DNA from: an uncultured Planctomycetaceae bacterium | GTDB taxonomy: Bacteria; Planctomycetota; Phycisphaerae; Sedimentisphaerales; UBA12454 | Direction: 5' to 3' | NCBI GenBank assembly: GCA_964449435.1 | Contig: CAYUYR010000003.1 | Location: forward strand, 45,614 to 109,613 | DNA length: 64,000 nucleotides | Shown here: one piece after another, positions 1 to 9,243 of the stretch | Layout: every line of letters begins with the position of its first letter | Numbering within the stretch: position 1 is the first letter of the stretch | Notes under the pieces: model-generated | Seen by the model: the letters and a program-made list of their open reading frames with translations, nothing else | Told to the model about the DNA's origin: nothing | The model's database searches: none | Translations under genes and position numbers: made by a program

Positions 1-701
1 GTCGCCGAGGCGATGATAAATCCGAGGAATAAACTGCCGCAATCTCCCATAAAAATCTTTGCCGGATTAAAATTGAAAAAGAGAAATCCTGTCAGAGCTC
101 CGGCAAGAGCGAGCATTATCACACAGAGAATCGGCTGGCCGAAATGAATCGACAATACCGCGATTGTCGCGCAGGCAATCGCGCCTATACCGGCCGCAAG
201 CCCGTCCAGCCCGTCGATGAAATTCACGGCATTTGTAACGCCTACTATCCAAAGAATCGTAAATGGCAAGGACAAAAAACCAAAATGAATATTAAGAAGC
301 TCGGGAATTCGAATTATATTTATTCTAATACCGAAAGCACAGACGAAAACTGCCGCAAGGAGCTGCGACAGGAATTTTACCCATGTTTTCAACGGTCTGA
401 TATCGTCAGCCAGGCCGACAATAAATATAAATGTCCCTGCGATGAGCATAGAGAAAATTTTCGCGCCGTTATCGCGGAAACTTCTGCCGATACTGTTTGA
501 CATAACATACGCCGTGATGACCGACAGTATCATAGAAACAAATATTGCCGTTCCGCCAACTCGGGCGATTCTGCCGGAGTGTACTTTTCGCGGGGCGGCC
601 CGGTCGTAAAGAGCCATCTTTACCGCAACCGCAATTACAATCGGCGTCAGCAAAAGCGACAGCAGCAGGGCAAACAGATATATGAAAATATAGGTCTTCA
701 T
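1..701 (-). CDS. MraY/WecA-family undecaprenyl-phosphate sugar-1-phosphate transferase (3' end runs off the window)
   Basis: Manual translation from ATG at 701 (ATGA overlap with the upstream stop): MKTYIF...RKVHSGRIARVGG...NFIDGLDGLA...GFLFFNFNPAKIFMGDCGSLFLG, which are Glycos_transf_4 motifs. Confidence 0.9.
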   Translation of the reverse strand, partial: MKTYIFIYLFALLLSLLLTPIVIAVAVKMALYDRAAPRKVHSGRIARVGGTAIFVSMILSVITAYVMSNSIGRSFRDNGAKIFSMLIAGTFIFIVGLADDIRPLKTWVKFLSQLLAAVFVCAFGIRINIIRIPELLNIHFGFLSLPFTILWIVGVTNAVNFIDGLDGLAAGIGAIACATIAVLSIHFGQPILCVIMLALAGALTGFLFFNFNPAKIFMGDCGSLFLGFIIASA

Positions 702-3199
702 TCGTCTATAATGTTTTCAGTTCTTTTCTTTATCAGTTCAGGCCTTACCGACAGCTCGGCGATAAGTCTTTTTGCCTGTCTCGAGCCGGGATTCAGTTTT
801 AAACACATTCTTGCCTGCTGAACTGCCTCTTCGAGCCGGCCTGTTTCAGCCAGAACCTCCGCGTATTTCAGCCTGAGCCGGCTATTGCCGTAATCCTGCA
901 GCAAGGCGGAGCTGAAGTATTCCGCCGCCTTTTCAGGTTCGCTGTTTTTATAATAATCGCCAAGGAAAATTAACTCATCGAGAGCAGCCGCGTTTTTCAA
1001 TACGGCATTCTCCGCCGCTTCGAGCATTTTTAGCCGCGCTGTTTCAGCATAAGTTTTAAAATCTTCGCTTTGTGCCAGAACAGCCTCTACGTATTTCAGT
1101 TGTTGTATACTATCGGCGGCAATCTCGAACGCAAGGTCGGGCCGTTTGGCCTGCTCGACATAAATCTTAATGATGTCTTTAAAAAACGTACTGCGAAGCT
1201 GAATAGATTTTCTAAATTTTTCAAACGCTTCGACAAATTTATCCTCGCTTATATCCAGACATCCCGCCGCAAAAAGAGCCAGCTCGTTGTTGGGCTCGAG
1301 CATAACTCCCTTTCTAATGTTATCTTCTCCAACAGGCTCGAAAAGAACAAATTTTTGCAGTTGTCCCATCAGGCAATATACCGGCCCGAAAGTCGGACAT
1401 AAAAAACGGGCTTCCTTAAGGTCGGCAACTATCTCATAAGTTTTTTCCATACCCTCGTTTGATAATCCGCCGATATCAGGGTCGATTTGCCTGCCTGCCT
1501 CCCACCATCGCCAGACATTCAGCCAGTATCTGTATTCGATATTGTCCGGCTGAGCTTGTGCCGCCTTTGTTCCATAAGCGATTAATCTTTCGAAATCGTT
1601 ATCGCTGCCTTGCATATTTTCAGCAACCAGTTTTTTTTCTATAACAGATGCCTTTTTCCACCAGCCCTCGGCAACCCTTGCTTTTTGCGATTCATTAACC
1701 GACCAGACAGCTCCCGCCGTTGTCAGAATCAACAAAATTATCGCGCTGATTCTAACAGATTTTATCGATATATGCCCTGTTCGGCTTTGACCGAGCGTGA
1801 TTATCAACGCGCAGAAAATTGCCGACAAGGCCGCGTTCGCGGGCAAATGCTGGCCGAAATCGCTTACGCTGTGTATCAGAATCGCTATCAAGCCGAATCC
1901 CAGTCCGTAAGCGGTTATGCTTATATTAGACTTTTTATCTCTTATCGCCTTTACGAAATTTATCGCAACGATTGCGCCGAAAATCAGCATTATAACAAAG
2001 CCGGTTATGCCCGCCTCTTCAATCAATTGCATATACTCGTTCTCGGCAAATCTGAATCGCAAAACAGTACTGATGCTCTGAAACATCGGATATATAACCG
2101 AATGAGTGCCAAGCCCCGTTCCCAAAACGGCGAACTGTCTTGCCGGATTGAGCAGGTCCCTGATGATTTCGAGTCTCGTTTGATAGCTGTCCAGCGAACT
2201 GAATGTTGCGAATCTTTCGTAAACAGCGTCGAAGCCTGTGTACAGCAGACACACAAACGCACAAAGTGCTATGGCAAACACGAGCCAGCCGTGCTGTCTC
2301 ATACTCTGTCGCATCGCAAGCAGCAGCACCGTAATGCACATCGCCATAAGCATTGAAACCATTCCGCCCCGTGTAAGCGATGCGAAAACCGCCGCCGCCG
2401 ATATACTTATCATTGCCGCAAGGGCCCATAGCCCGCTTGCCTGCGATGAATCGAAATACTCGAAGATATTCGCCGCGGTTGTATGCCTGTTTCTAAAATC
2501 TTCCCGCAGTTTCAAAAGCAGCAGCGCCGCAGCGGCTCCGATTGATAAATTCATAAACTGTCCGAAATGACTGTGATTTATAAACGGCCCGCTGCTTGCT
2601 TTAAGCGGCGTTGAAGTAAACCAGTAAATTTTATTATTGCCGATGACGTTCTGAATTATCGCCATAATAGCGACAGCGGCACCGATAAATACTATCGCCT
2701 TGAGCAGTCTTTTTATCTGTTCATAAGATTTGAAATTATTAAGCACAACCACAAAAATACTGACAATCGCAAATATAATTCGCAAATTGTGTTTCGTTGC
2801 CGAAGGATAAAAACTGATGGTCAGCTTGTCCAAATTTTGCTGCGCCCCGCTCGTCGAATCCAGCAGCTCTTTTTGAAGCGATACGGTTTGAGGCGACAGG
2901 GCCGAAACAATGCCCTGCGGCAAAGGTATAATCTGCAAAACAATAACGAAAAGAAACAGCAGGAGCGGAAGATAGGCAAATGTACGGGCAAAACCTTCCT
3001 GAGGATTTAATATCTTTTGGAGGAGAAAAAGAAATAAAATCGCTGAAGACAAAACAACTACGACCTGTTCGCTCCACGCCTCTACCGCTCCGAACGCGAA
3101 AGGCATAAAAGCTATAAGGCATATCAGCAGTATTTCTATCACTCGGCTCAGGCCGGTGTCGTTATTCTTTCTTTCTTCCATAATCATAGCCGTATCCAT
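698..3199 (-). CDS. O-antigen ligase (Wzy_C)-family membrane protein with C-terminal TPR region; true start may be 3181
   Basis: Many TM helices; GPFINHSHFGQF, SLTRGG, GTGLG and AENEYMQLIEEAG motifs; helical TPR-like C-terminus; located in EPS cluster. Confidence 0.8.
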   Translation of the reverse strand: MDTAMIMEERKNNDTGLSRVIEILLICLIAFMPFAFGAVEAWSEQVVVVLSSAILFLFLLQKILNPQEGFARTFAYLPLLLFLFVIVLQIIPLPQGIVSALSPQTVSLQKELLDSTSGAQQNLDKLTISFYPSATKHNLRIIFAIVSIFVVVLNNFKSYEQIKRLLKAIVFIGAAVAIMAIIQNVIGNNKIYWFTSTPLKASSGPFINHSHFGQFMNLSIGAAAALLLLKLREDFRNRHTTAANIFEYFDSSQASGLWALAAMISISAAAVFASLTRGGMVSMLMAMCITVLLLAMRQSMRQHGWLVFAIALCAFVCLLYTGFDAVYERFATFSSLDSYQTRLEIIRDLLNPARQFAVLGTGLGTHSVIYPMFQSISTVLRFRFAENEYMQLIEEAGITGFVIMLIFGAIVAINFVKAIRDKKSNISITAYGLGFGLIAILIHSVSDFGQHLPANAALSAIFCALIITLGQSRTGHISIKSVRISAIILLILTTAGAVWSVNESQKARVAEGWWKKASVIEKKLVAENMQGSDNDFERLIAYGTKAAQAQPDNIEYRYWLNVWRWWEAGRQIDPDIGGLSNEGMEKTYEIVADLKEARFLCPTFGPVYCLMGQLQKFVLFEPVGEDNIRKGVMLEPNNELALFAAGCLDISEDKFVEAFEKFRKSIQLRSTFFKDIIKIYVEQAKRPDLAFEIAADSIQQLKYVEAVLAQSEDFKTYAETARLKMLEAAENAVLKNAAALDELIFLGDYYKNSEPEKAAEYFSSALLQDYGNSRLRLKYAEVLAETGRLEEAVQQARMCLKLNPGSRQAKRLIAELSVRPELIKKRTENIIDE

Positions 3200-5387
3200 A
3201 ATAACTGTAATGTGAATAGTACCCGTATCGGCTATGTTTTGGCGAAACGTCGTTCACAACCGCACCGAGCACGCGCGCCCCGATACCTGCCAAGGCCTCT
3301 CTTGCCTGCTGGACAAGTTTGCGTGTGGACTTTTCCGCACGAATCACCAGTATGGTTATATCGCAAATCGCCGCCAGTATCTGACTGTCCGCGACCGATG
3401 TAACCGGCGGAGAGTCTATTATAACCCTGTCATAGCGGTGCGTAAGTTCCTTAAGAAGATTCGAGAACGCCTCGCTGTTAAGCAGTTCGCTCGGGTTCGG
3501 TATCTCCGGACCGCTCGTCAGCAGAAACAGGCCGTCTGTCGGACAGCTTCTTATCGCGTCATCGAGCGAAATCTGCCCCGAAAGAATGCTCGACAGGCCT
3601 TTTTCAACCTCGTTGGCAAAGCCGAATATATTGTGCTGCATAGGCTTTCTGAAGTCAGCGTCAACAATAAGCGTTTTTTGTCCCGCCTGAGCCATTGCTA
3701 TCGCAAGATTGCTTACCATTGTAGTCTTGCCGTCGCTCGGCGCAGGAGATGTAATAAGAATAGTCCTCGCCTGCCCTTTGGGCACTCCGAAAAATACAGA
3801 TGTACGTATGCTTCGATAGGCCTCCGCAATAGAGGATTTGGGCTCGAGATGAACTTTTTGTCCTTTATTGCCGTTATCTTTTTTGCCCTTGTCGGACATC
3901 GACGGCACAATTCCGAGCACCGGCGTTGCAAGAGCCATCGAGATTTCTCCGGCGCTTCTCAGTCTCCAGTCGAGCCGTTCTCTTGTAATTGCAAGGGCCA
4001 GTCCGAACAGAAGGCCGAGTATAAGACCGGCCGCCAGAGTCGGAGCCTTTTGCGGACTTGTTGCGAATTCCGCCGGCCTTGCCGTTTCGAGTATGCTGAT
4101 ATTCAACGCCCCGGCTTCTTCCGAAACGTTTAATTCTTTGATTCTGTCGTCGAGTATTTCGCAAAAACGTTTGCTCTGTTCGAGTTTTGTTTCAATTATC
4201 GCGTATTCCGTAGCCTTGATATTAAGGCTTTGCGACTCCTGCTTATACTGCTCATAAGAAGCCGAAAGCTCGGCTTCTTTCTGCTTGGCGGCATCGTATT
4301 CGATTTCCAGAAGTTCGATATAATTTTTCGCAAATTCCTCAATCTGCGCCGCAAGTTTATTCTGCGCCGCTTTTATTCTGCTCTTCAGCGCCTTTATTGT
4401 CGGATGACCTTCGGAACATTGTATCAGGGCATTTTCGAGTTCCGTTTCGAGCGATTGCAATTCGTCGCGAAGCTTGGTCTCCGTATCTCTTGCGAAAAGA
4501 TTCGAACTGATGCCCGGCTGGGCCATCGCGTATTGCCTCACCTTCTGCGGACTGTCGAATTTCTTAACGGCTTCGAGGGTCGCTTTCGCTTTTATCGTGT
4601 CAAGCTGTGCGTTCGTTAATGAATCGCCCAGCGCCTTGAGTCTTTGAAAGACCTCGTTTCCTCCGCTTTTTTCAAACGAGATAACGCCGTATTGACGCGT
4701 GAACTCGAGAAGTTCTTTGAAATTGGCCGAAAGCTCCTCGTCGCGTGCGATTTTTTCTTTCTGCAGAATCTTTAAAACTTCGGAAACGGAGCTTTTTTTC
4801 TGGCTTGTCTGATAATCCACATACGCTTCGATAACGGCGTTAACAATTTGAGCCGCTTCCTCTCTATAGGGCGACAGACAGCTTACAGCTATAATATCGT
4901 CTTTAATGCCTACCTGCACGTCGAGTATTTTCTTCAGATAAACCACAAGGTTGTCAATCTCGCCCGCTGAAAAAGAAGGTTCGGCCAGACCGATTTGGTT
5001 CTTTATTTTTTCGGCTATGCTTTCGGGCTTCGCCTCGAGGGTCTTCAGCTTTTTAATATCGTTCCTCTGCACCACTTTAGCGATAATCGGAGTAGATTTA
5101 ATTATCTCGCTCTGTGTATAGAGATAGTTTTTCGATTGCGTCATCATACCTTCATAATCAGCGATTAATTTCGGCCCCGTTTGTTCCACGTATAGCCTCG
5201 CTGTACTCGTATAAATCGGCTCGGCCTTTATAAGATAAAGTATTGCCGCGGCCATAAACAGAACCGCTGTGATGAGTATGCTCATCCGTCTCCGCTGCAG
5301 CGTCACCGCAAATGTTCTATGGGCACCTGACATCAATTGCTCGGCGCCGCCGGCTTCGTTTTCTATTTTCGTCTTTTCATCTGTCAT
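3162..5387 (-). CDS. wzc: Polysaccharide co-polymerase / BY tyrosine autokinase (Wzc/GumC)
   Basis: Two TMs around a coiled coil, EAYRSIRT, Walker A SPAPSDGKTT, IVDADFRKP, IIDSPP, C-terminal Tyr cluster YGYYSHYSYYGYGYDY. Confidence 0.92.
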   Translation of the reverse strand: MTDEKTKIENEAGGAEQLMSGAHRTFAVTLQRRRMSILITAVLFMAAAILYLIKAEPIYTSTARLYVEQTGPKLIADYEGMMTQSKNYLYTQSEIIKSTPIIAKVVQRNDIKKLKTLEAKPESIAEKIKNQIGLAEPSFSAGEIDNLVVYLKKILDVQVGIKDDIIAVSCLSPYREEAAQIVNAVIEAYVDYQTSQKKSSVSEVLKILQKEKIARDEELSANFKELLEFTRQYGVISFEKSGGNEVFQRLKALGDSLTNAQLDTIKAKATLEAVKKFDSPQKVRQYAMAQPGISSNLFARDTETKLRDELQSLETELENALIQCSEGHPTIKALKSRIKAAQNKLAAQIEEFAKNYIELLEIEYDAAKQKEAELSASYEQYKQESQSLNIKATEYAIIETKLEQSKRFCEILDDRIKELNVSEEAGALNISILETARPAEFATSPQKAPTLAAGLILGLLFGLALAITRERLDWRLRSAGEISMALATPVLGIVPSMSDKGKKDNGNKGQKVHLEPKSSIAEAYRSIRTSVFFGVPKGQARTILITSPAPSDGKTTMVSNLAIAMAQAGQKTLIVDADFRKPMQHNIFGFANEVEKGLSSILSGQISLDDAIRSCPTDGLFLLTSGPEIPNPSELLNSEAFSNLLKELTHRYDRVIIDSPPVTSVADSQILAAICDITILVIRAEKSTRKLVQQAREALAGIGARVLGAVVNDVSPKHSRYGYYSHYSYYGYGYDYGRKKE

Positions 5388-5417
5388 TTTTATTCTCTCA
5401 TTTGATTGACGTATCTT

Positions 5418-7058
5418 TTAATCGCTATCGAACGGCCTAACATACATACCGAAGTTTATACGCAGCATCTGGTTAAGAATCATATTTCTTCTGGTCCTTG
5501 GGGTAACATCTATGGAAATAACATCGCCCGGCTTGATTCTCACATCATAGGCTTTAGCCATAAACTTGTTGTCGATTCTGAATGTCGCCGATACCACGTC
5601 GTCTCTGGCGTCCTGTCTATAAACCGTTACAAATCTCGGGTCCACCGCAAGGTCAACACCGCCGGCAAAACCGAGCGCCTGCATCAGGTTGTATTCCACC
5701 TCCGGCGGATATGGAAACGCCCCCGGAGCCTTGGCAAGCCCTATAACGGTAAAGACCTGAGGATTGAGCCTTTTGACTTCGATAAGGTCGCCGTCCATCA
5801 GCGGTACATCCGCAAACGGAACATTTAAACCTTTTACCGGAAGAATAATCGGCTCTACTTCCGCCGCGGCTATATAAGCAGGCTCATCATTGACCGGTGC
5901 AGCAATTTTTGTCTCGTTGATTTCTTCAATAGGTATAAATTCCGTCTCGATGGCAGGATGTGCTTCGATATATTTTTCATCGCAGCCCGGACAGCCTGTA
6001 TTCTTTTTCGTACTGCCGGACTCATCTGCCGCTTCGAGAAGCTCTATATCTTCGCTGTCAAATTGTTTTTCTCCGCTTGCCGCGATTGCCGGTGAAAGCT
6101 GTGCCGCAAGCTGCTCTATCGCCTTTTCAATTATTTGCGCCTGCTCATAACCGACAGCGCCTCGCAGTTCTTTTACATACTCGGCGCGCTCGTCCGGATT
6201 TCTGATATTCACTTTTTTACCGTAAATTATCTCATTGCCTCTTTGAATATTAAGATTGCCGACTGTTGAATTGGCGCTTTCCGGCTGAAACACAAGGTCA
6301 AACGTAAGAGCGGGGAAATCCGCCGCAGGTTTTTCTGCGGAATTATCGACGACTTCTATATACTGTTCGTCAAACTCGGCAAACTGCTTCACAGACTCGT
6401 GCGAAGTCTGATGATTTACATAATTGCGCTGCGGATTTTTTATCGTGATAACGCTCGCTCCGCTCTCGACGATACCGCCTGCTTTCATTAACGCCGCCAC
6501 AAGAGACATCTCGTTGCTCTTGAGCTGATAAACGCCCGGCTGCATAACCGCGCCTACCACGGTAACATTTTTAAGATGATATTCTTTAACGCTGCATACG
6601 ATGCTCGGCCGCTCGATGACATATTTCGGATAATATCCGCTGACCAGCTCGGCCTCTATCTGCGCCAGAGTCTTGCCGTCCACGTTTGTCTCTCCGAGTA
6701 TCGGTACGGTAATGGTGCCGTTGTCGGATACTCTGCAAAGATATGGCTCGACCTGTTTCATCTGGTCTTTGTATGTTTTCGGCGAAACAGCCGAGATTAT
6801 CGTCGGCATCTGAACCTCGATAACATCGCCCATCCCGACCGTATAGATTCCGAAATTGCTTTTTGCGCTGAGCAATTGGTCAAGGTCAACCTTTGGAGTA
6901 ATCGGCCCTGCCATCTCGAAGGCCGCTACTTCCTGACTCGTTGACAGTCTTGCTTCCTGACAGCCGCAGACCAAAACGCACAAGGCGGCCAAAACTACGC
7001 CCAGCAGAACAATTTTTAAAATACCGATATTTGATGGTTTCACTTTAACCCTCCGCAC
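5418..7058 (-). CDS. wza: Polysaccharide export lipoprotein (Wza/OPX, SLBB domains)
   Basis: Lipobox LVCGC; YTVGMGDVI; VSDNGTITVPILG; VTVVGAVMQPGVY; SLVAALMKAGG; IKPGDVI. Confidence 0.85.
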   Translation of the reverse strand: MRRVKVKPSNIGILKIVLLGVVLAALCVLVCGCQEARLSTSQEVAAFEMAGPITPKVDLDQLLSAKSNFGIYTVGMGDVIEVQMPTIISAVSPKTYKDQMKQVEPYLCRVSDNGTITVPILGETNVDGKTLAQIEAELVSGYYPKYVIERPSIVCSVKEYHLKNVTVVGAVMQPGVYQLKSNEMSLVAALMKAGGIVESGASVITIKNPQRNYVNHQTSHESVKQFAEFDEQYIEVVDNSAEKPAADFPALTFDLVFQPESANSTVGNLNIQRGNEIIYGKKVNIRNPDERAEYVKELRGAVGYEQAQIIEKAIEQLAAQLSPAIAASGEKQFDSEDIELLEAADESGSTKKNTGCPGCDEKYIEAHPAIETEFIPIEEINETKIAAPVNDEPAYIAAAEVEPIILPVKGLNVPFADVPLMDGDLIEVKRLNPQVFTVIGLAKAPGAFPYPPEVEYNLMQALGFAGGVDLAVDPRFVTVYRQDARDDVVSATFRIDNKFMAKAYDVRIKPGDVISIDVTPRTRRNMILNQMLRINFGMYVRPFDSD

Positions 7059-7401
7059 AAAAATACTCTCCGCCTTTCAGTCCCGAAAGACCGGCAGAGT
7101 CTAAAAAATCTTCTTTCTGATGATACCCCGCCCTGGCAGCTAATCCCGCCTTGTATGACGACGAAGTTCACTTTTTACACTCCAAAACAAGCTGACTTTG
7201 CGCCCTGTACGCAAAGAGATTTTGTCCAGCTTTACAAGTTTGCCTATTTTAACATACAAATCAGCAAAAGTAAAGCAAATTCCGTATACGTAAGGGGTTA
7301 AGACGTAAAAGGAGTGAAGATTAAGACTTAAAACAGGATATTATGGGACGGAATTATGTGCGATTTTTAGACAAAGAACACCTTTTTATGACAAAGCCGG
7401 A

Positions 7402-8211
7402 TTAGCCGAACAGTTCTTTGAATTTATCCCTGATATCGGGGCTTTTGCAGAGGATTTCGCCGACCAGAACCGCTGTCGCACCGGCCTTTTTAATTTTCTC
7501 GACGTCTTGTCTTGTTTTTATGCCGCTTTCAGCGACAAGCCCGCCTGTTTCGCCTGCAAGTTCCGCCAATCGAAGAGTTGTATTCAAATCGACCTTCATC
7601 GTTTCAAGGTCGCGGTTATTTATCCCGATGATGCTGTAATGCGCTTTAGGAAATCCGATAAGACTCCTTGCTCGCAGTAGGCTCTCGGCACTGTGCACCT
7701 CCAAAAGTATCGACAGCGTAAGCTCGGCCGCCAGTATCATCAAATCGAGTATTTTCCCGTCAGTCGGCTCGAACGCCTCGGCTATGAGCAGGATGGCATC
7801 AGCCCCTGCCGCACGCGCTTCATAAATCTGATATTCATCGATGATAAAATCTTTTCGCAGCACCGGTACTGACACTGCTTCTTTGATTTGCGTCAGGTAT
7901 TCGAGTCTGCCCTGAAAATATTTTTCATCTGTCAGAACACTTATCGCGTCGGCACCGCACGATTCGTAAATCTTCGCTATTGCGACAGGAGCGAAATCCT
8001 CGCGTATAAGCCCCGCCGATGGCGAGGCCTTCTTGACCTCCGCGATAACATTTATGCCGCGCGGATTTGTCTTTGCAGAAGCCTTGTGAAAGTTCCGGCA
8101 TTTAGGCAGATTTTTTATTTGTTCCTTAAGCTGCTCAACCGAAACAGCTTTTTTATGCTGTTCGACTTCAACTCGTTTGTCTGCCAGTATTTGTTTCAAT
8201 ATATTTGCCAT
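7402..8211 (-). CDS. trpC: Indole-3-glycerol phosphate synthase
   Basis: IAEVKKASPSAG, ISVLTDEKYFQG, LRKDFIID, IGINNRDL, VAESGI. Confidence 0.97.
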   Translation of the reverse strand: MANILKQILADKRVEVEQHKKAVSVEQLKEQIKNLPKCRNFHKASAKTNPRGINVIAEVKKASPSAGLIREDFAPVAIAKIYESCGADAISVLTDEKYFQGRLEYLTQIKEAVSVPVLRKDFIIDEYQIYEARAAGADAILLIAEAFEPTDGKILDLMILAAELTLSILLEVHSAESLLRARSLIGFPKAHYSIIGINNRDLETMKVDLNTTLRLAELAGETGGLVAESGIKTRQDVEKIKKAGATAVLVGEILCKSPDIRDKFKELFG

Positions 8212-8221
8212 AAATTGGTTA

Positions 8222-8288
8222 TCTGTTTTCAGTTATCAGTTATCATCTTTAATCGTTACCGATAACTGAGTTCTGATAACTGATAACT
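8222..8288. repeat. Inverted pair of heptamer tandem repeats (TTATCAG / CTGATAA)
   Basis: ttttcagttatcagttatc...gataactgagttctgataactgataact in the DUF1844-trpC spacer. Confidence 0.75.
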
Positions 8289-8290
8289 CT

Positions 8291-8335
8291 ATTTTTCCTT
8301 GCTTCTTTATTTCCTTACTTCCTTGCCTCTTTGTT
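8291..8335. repeat. Degenerate octamer tandem repeat (TTCCTTAC family)
   Basis: ttccttgc ttctttat ttccttac ttccttgc; same family at ~21731, ~40240 and ~43332. Confidence 0.7.
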
Positions 8336-8698
8336 TTACTTCGACACTTCGACAAAACCCATTCTAAGCTGGCCCAGCGCTCCGGTCAGGAATTTCTGCT
8401 CCTGCTCGGTAAGGTTGCCTTTGGTCTTTTCTTCCAGCGCTTCGAGTATATCGATTTGAAACTTCGCAAGTCTTAAGTCTTTTTTCGGCTCTTCGTTTTC
8501 TTCGGTCGCAATCAGTCCCATCGCGAACAGTGCCTGCGTAGCAAGCATGCTGACCAGTGCGCTGAAATCGCCTGCCGGCAAAGCCGGAATGTCTTCTTTT
8601 TCCGGTTTTTCTTTCAGCTCTTCCTTTTCTTTTTGGGCCTTGGTTTTCCAGTCTTCATCGACGATGATTTTCTTTTCTTCTTTTTTTTCTTCTGTCAT
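8336..8698 (-). CDS. DUF1844 domain protein
   Basis: IIVDEDWK...F..LVSMLATQALFAMG...AKFQIDILEALEEKTKGNLTEQE. Confidence 0.85.
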   Translation of the reverse strand: MTEEKKEEKKIIVDEDWKTKAQKEKEELKEKPEKEDIPALPAGDFSALVSMLATQALFAMGLIATEENEEPKKDLRLAKFQIDILEALEEKTKGNLTEQEQKFLTGALGQLRMGFVEVSK

Positions 8699-8719
8699 AA
8701 TTACCTCCGATTCACAAAA

Positions 8720-9199
8720 TTATCGTTTATATTTTCTAATGCCTTTTTCCATATCGCCTTTTTGCTGTCGGGCCTTGATTTTATCCCGTTTGTCGTATTT
8801 GCGTTTTCCTGTCGCGATTGCCAGTTCTATTTTTGCGTGTCCATTATCTGAAAAGTATATCCGAAGAGGCACAAGAGTAAAACCCTTTTGTTGAAGCTTG
8901 CCGTCGATTTTTCTGATTTGCCTTTTGTGCAGCAGCAGCTTGCGTTTCCTCAAAGGCTCGTGTCCGTGTATATTCGCCTGCTTATACGGCGAGATATTGC
9001 ATCCGAAAAGCCAGCATTCGTCACTATCTATCCTTGCGAAAGAGCCTTTTAAATCCGCCCCGCCTTCCCGCAGCGATTTCACCTCGCTGCCGACAAGTGC
9101 CATTCCCGCCTCGATTTTCTCGATTATCTCGAAATCGAAAAACGCCTTGCGGTTCTCCATTTTCGGTATATGCCTGCTCTTTTTTTCATCTTTCGCCAT
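8720..9199 (-). CDS. smpB: SsrA-binding protein
   Basis: NRKAFFDF, EAGMALVGSEVKSLR, RKRKLLLHKRQI, GKRKYDKR. Confidence 0.98.
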   Translation of the reverse strand: MAKDEKKSRHIPKMENRKAFFDFEIIEKIEAGMALVGSEVKSLREGGADLKGSFARIDSDECWLFGCNISPYKQANIHGHEPLRKRKLLLHKRQIRKIDGKLQQKGFTLVPLRIYFSDNGHAKIELAIATGKRKYDKRDKIKARQQKGDMEKGIRKYKR

Positions 9200-9243
9200 A
9201 TTCGTATAATACCATTAAGATTGGAAATCTCAAATTTGAAATT

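Noticed and set aside
8699-9243. tmRNA next to smpB
   Set aside because: Spacers are too short and no tRNA-like ends are visible
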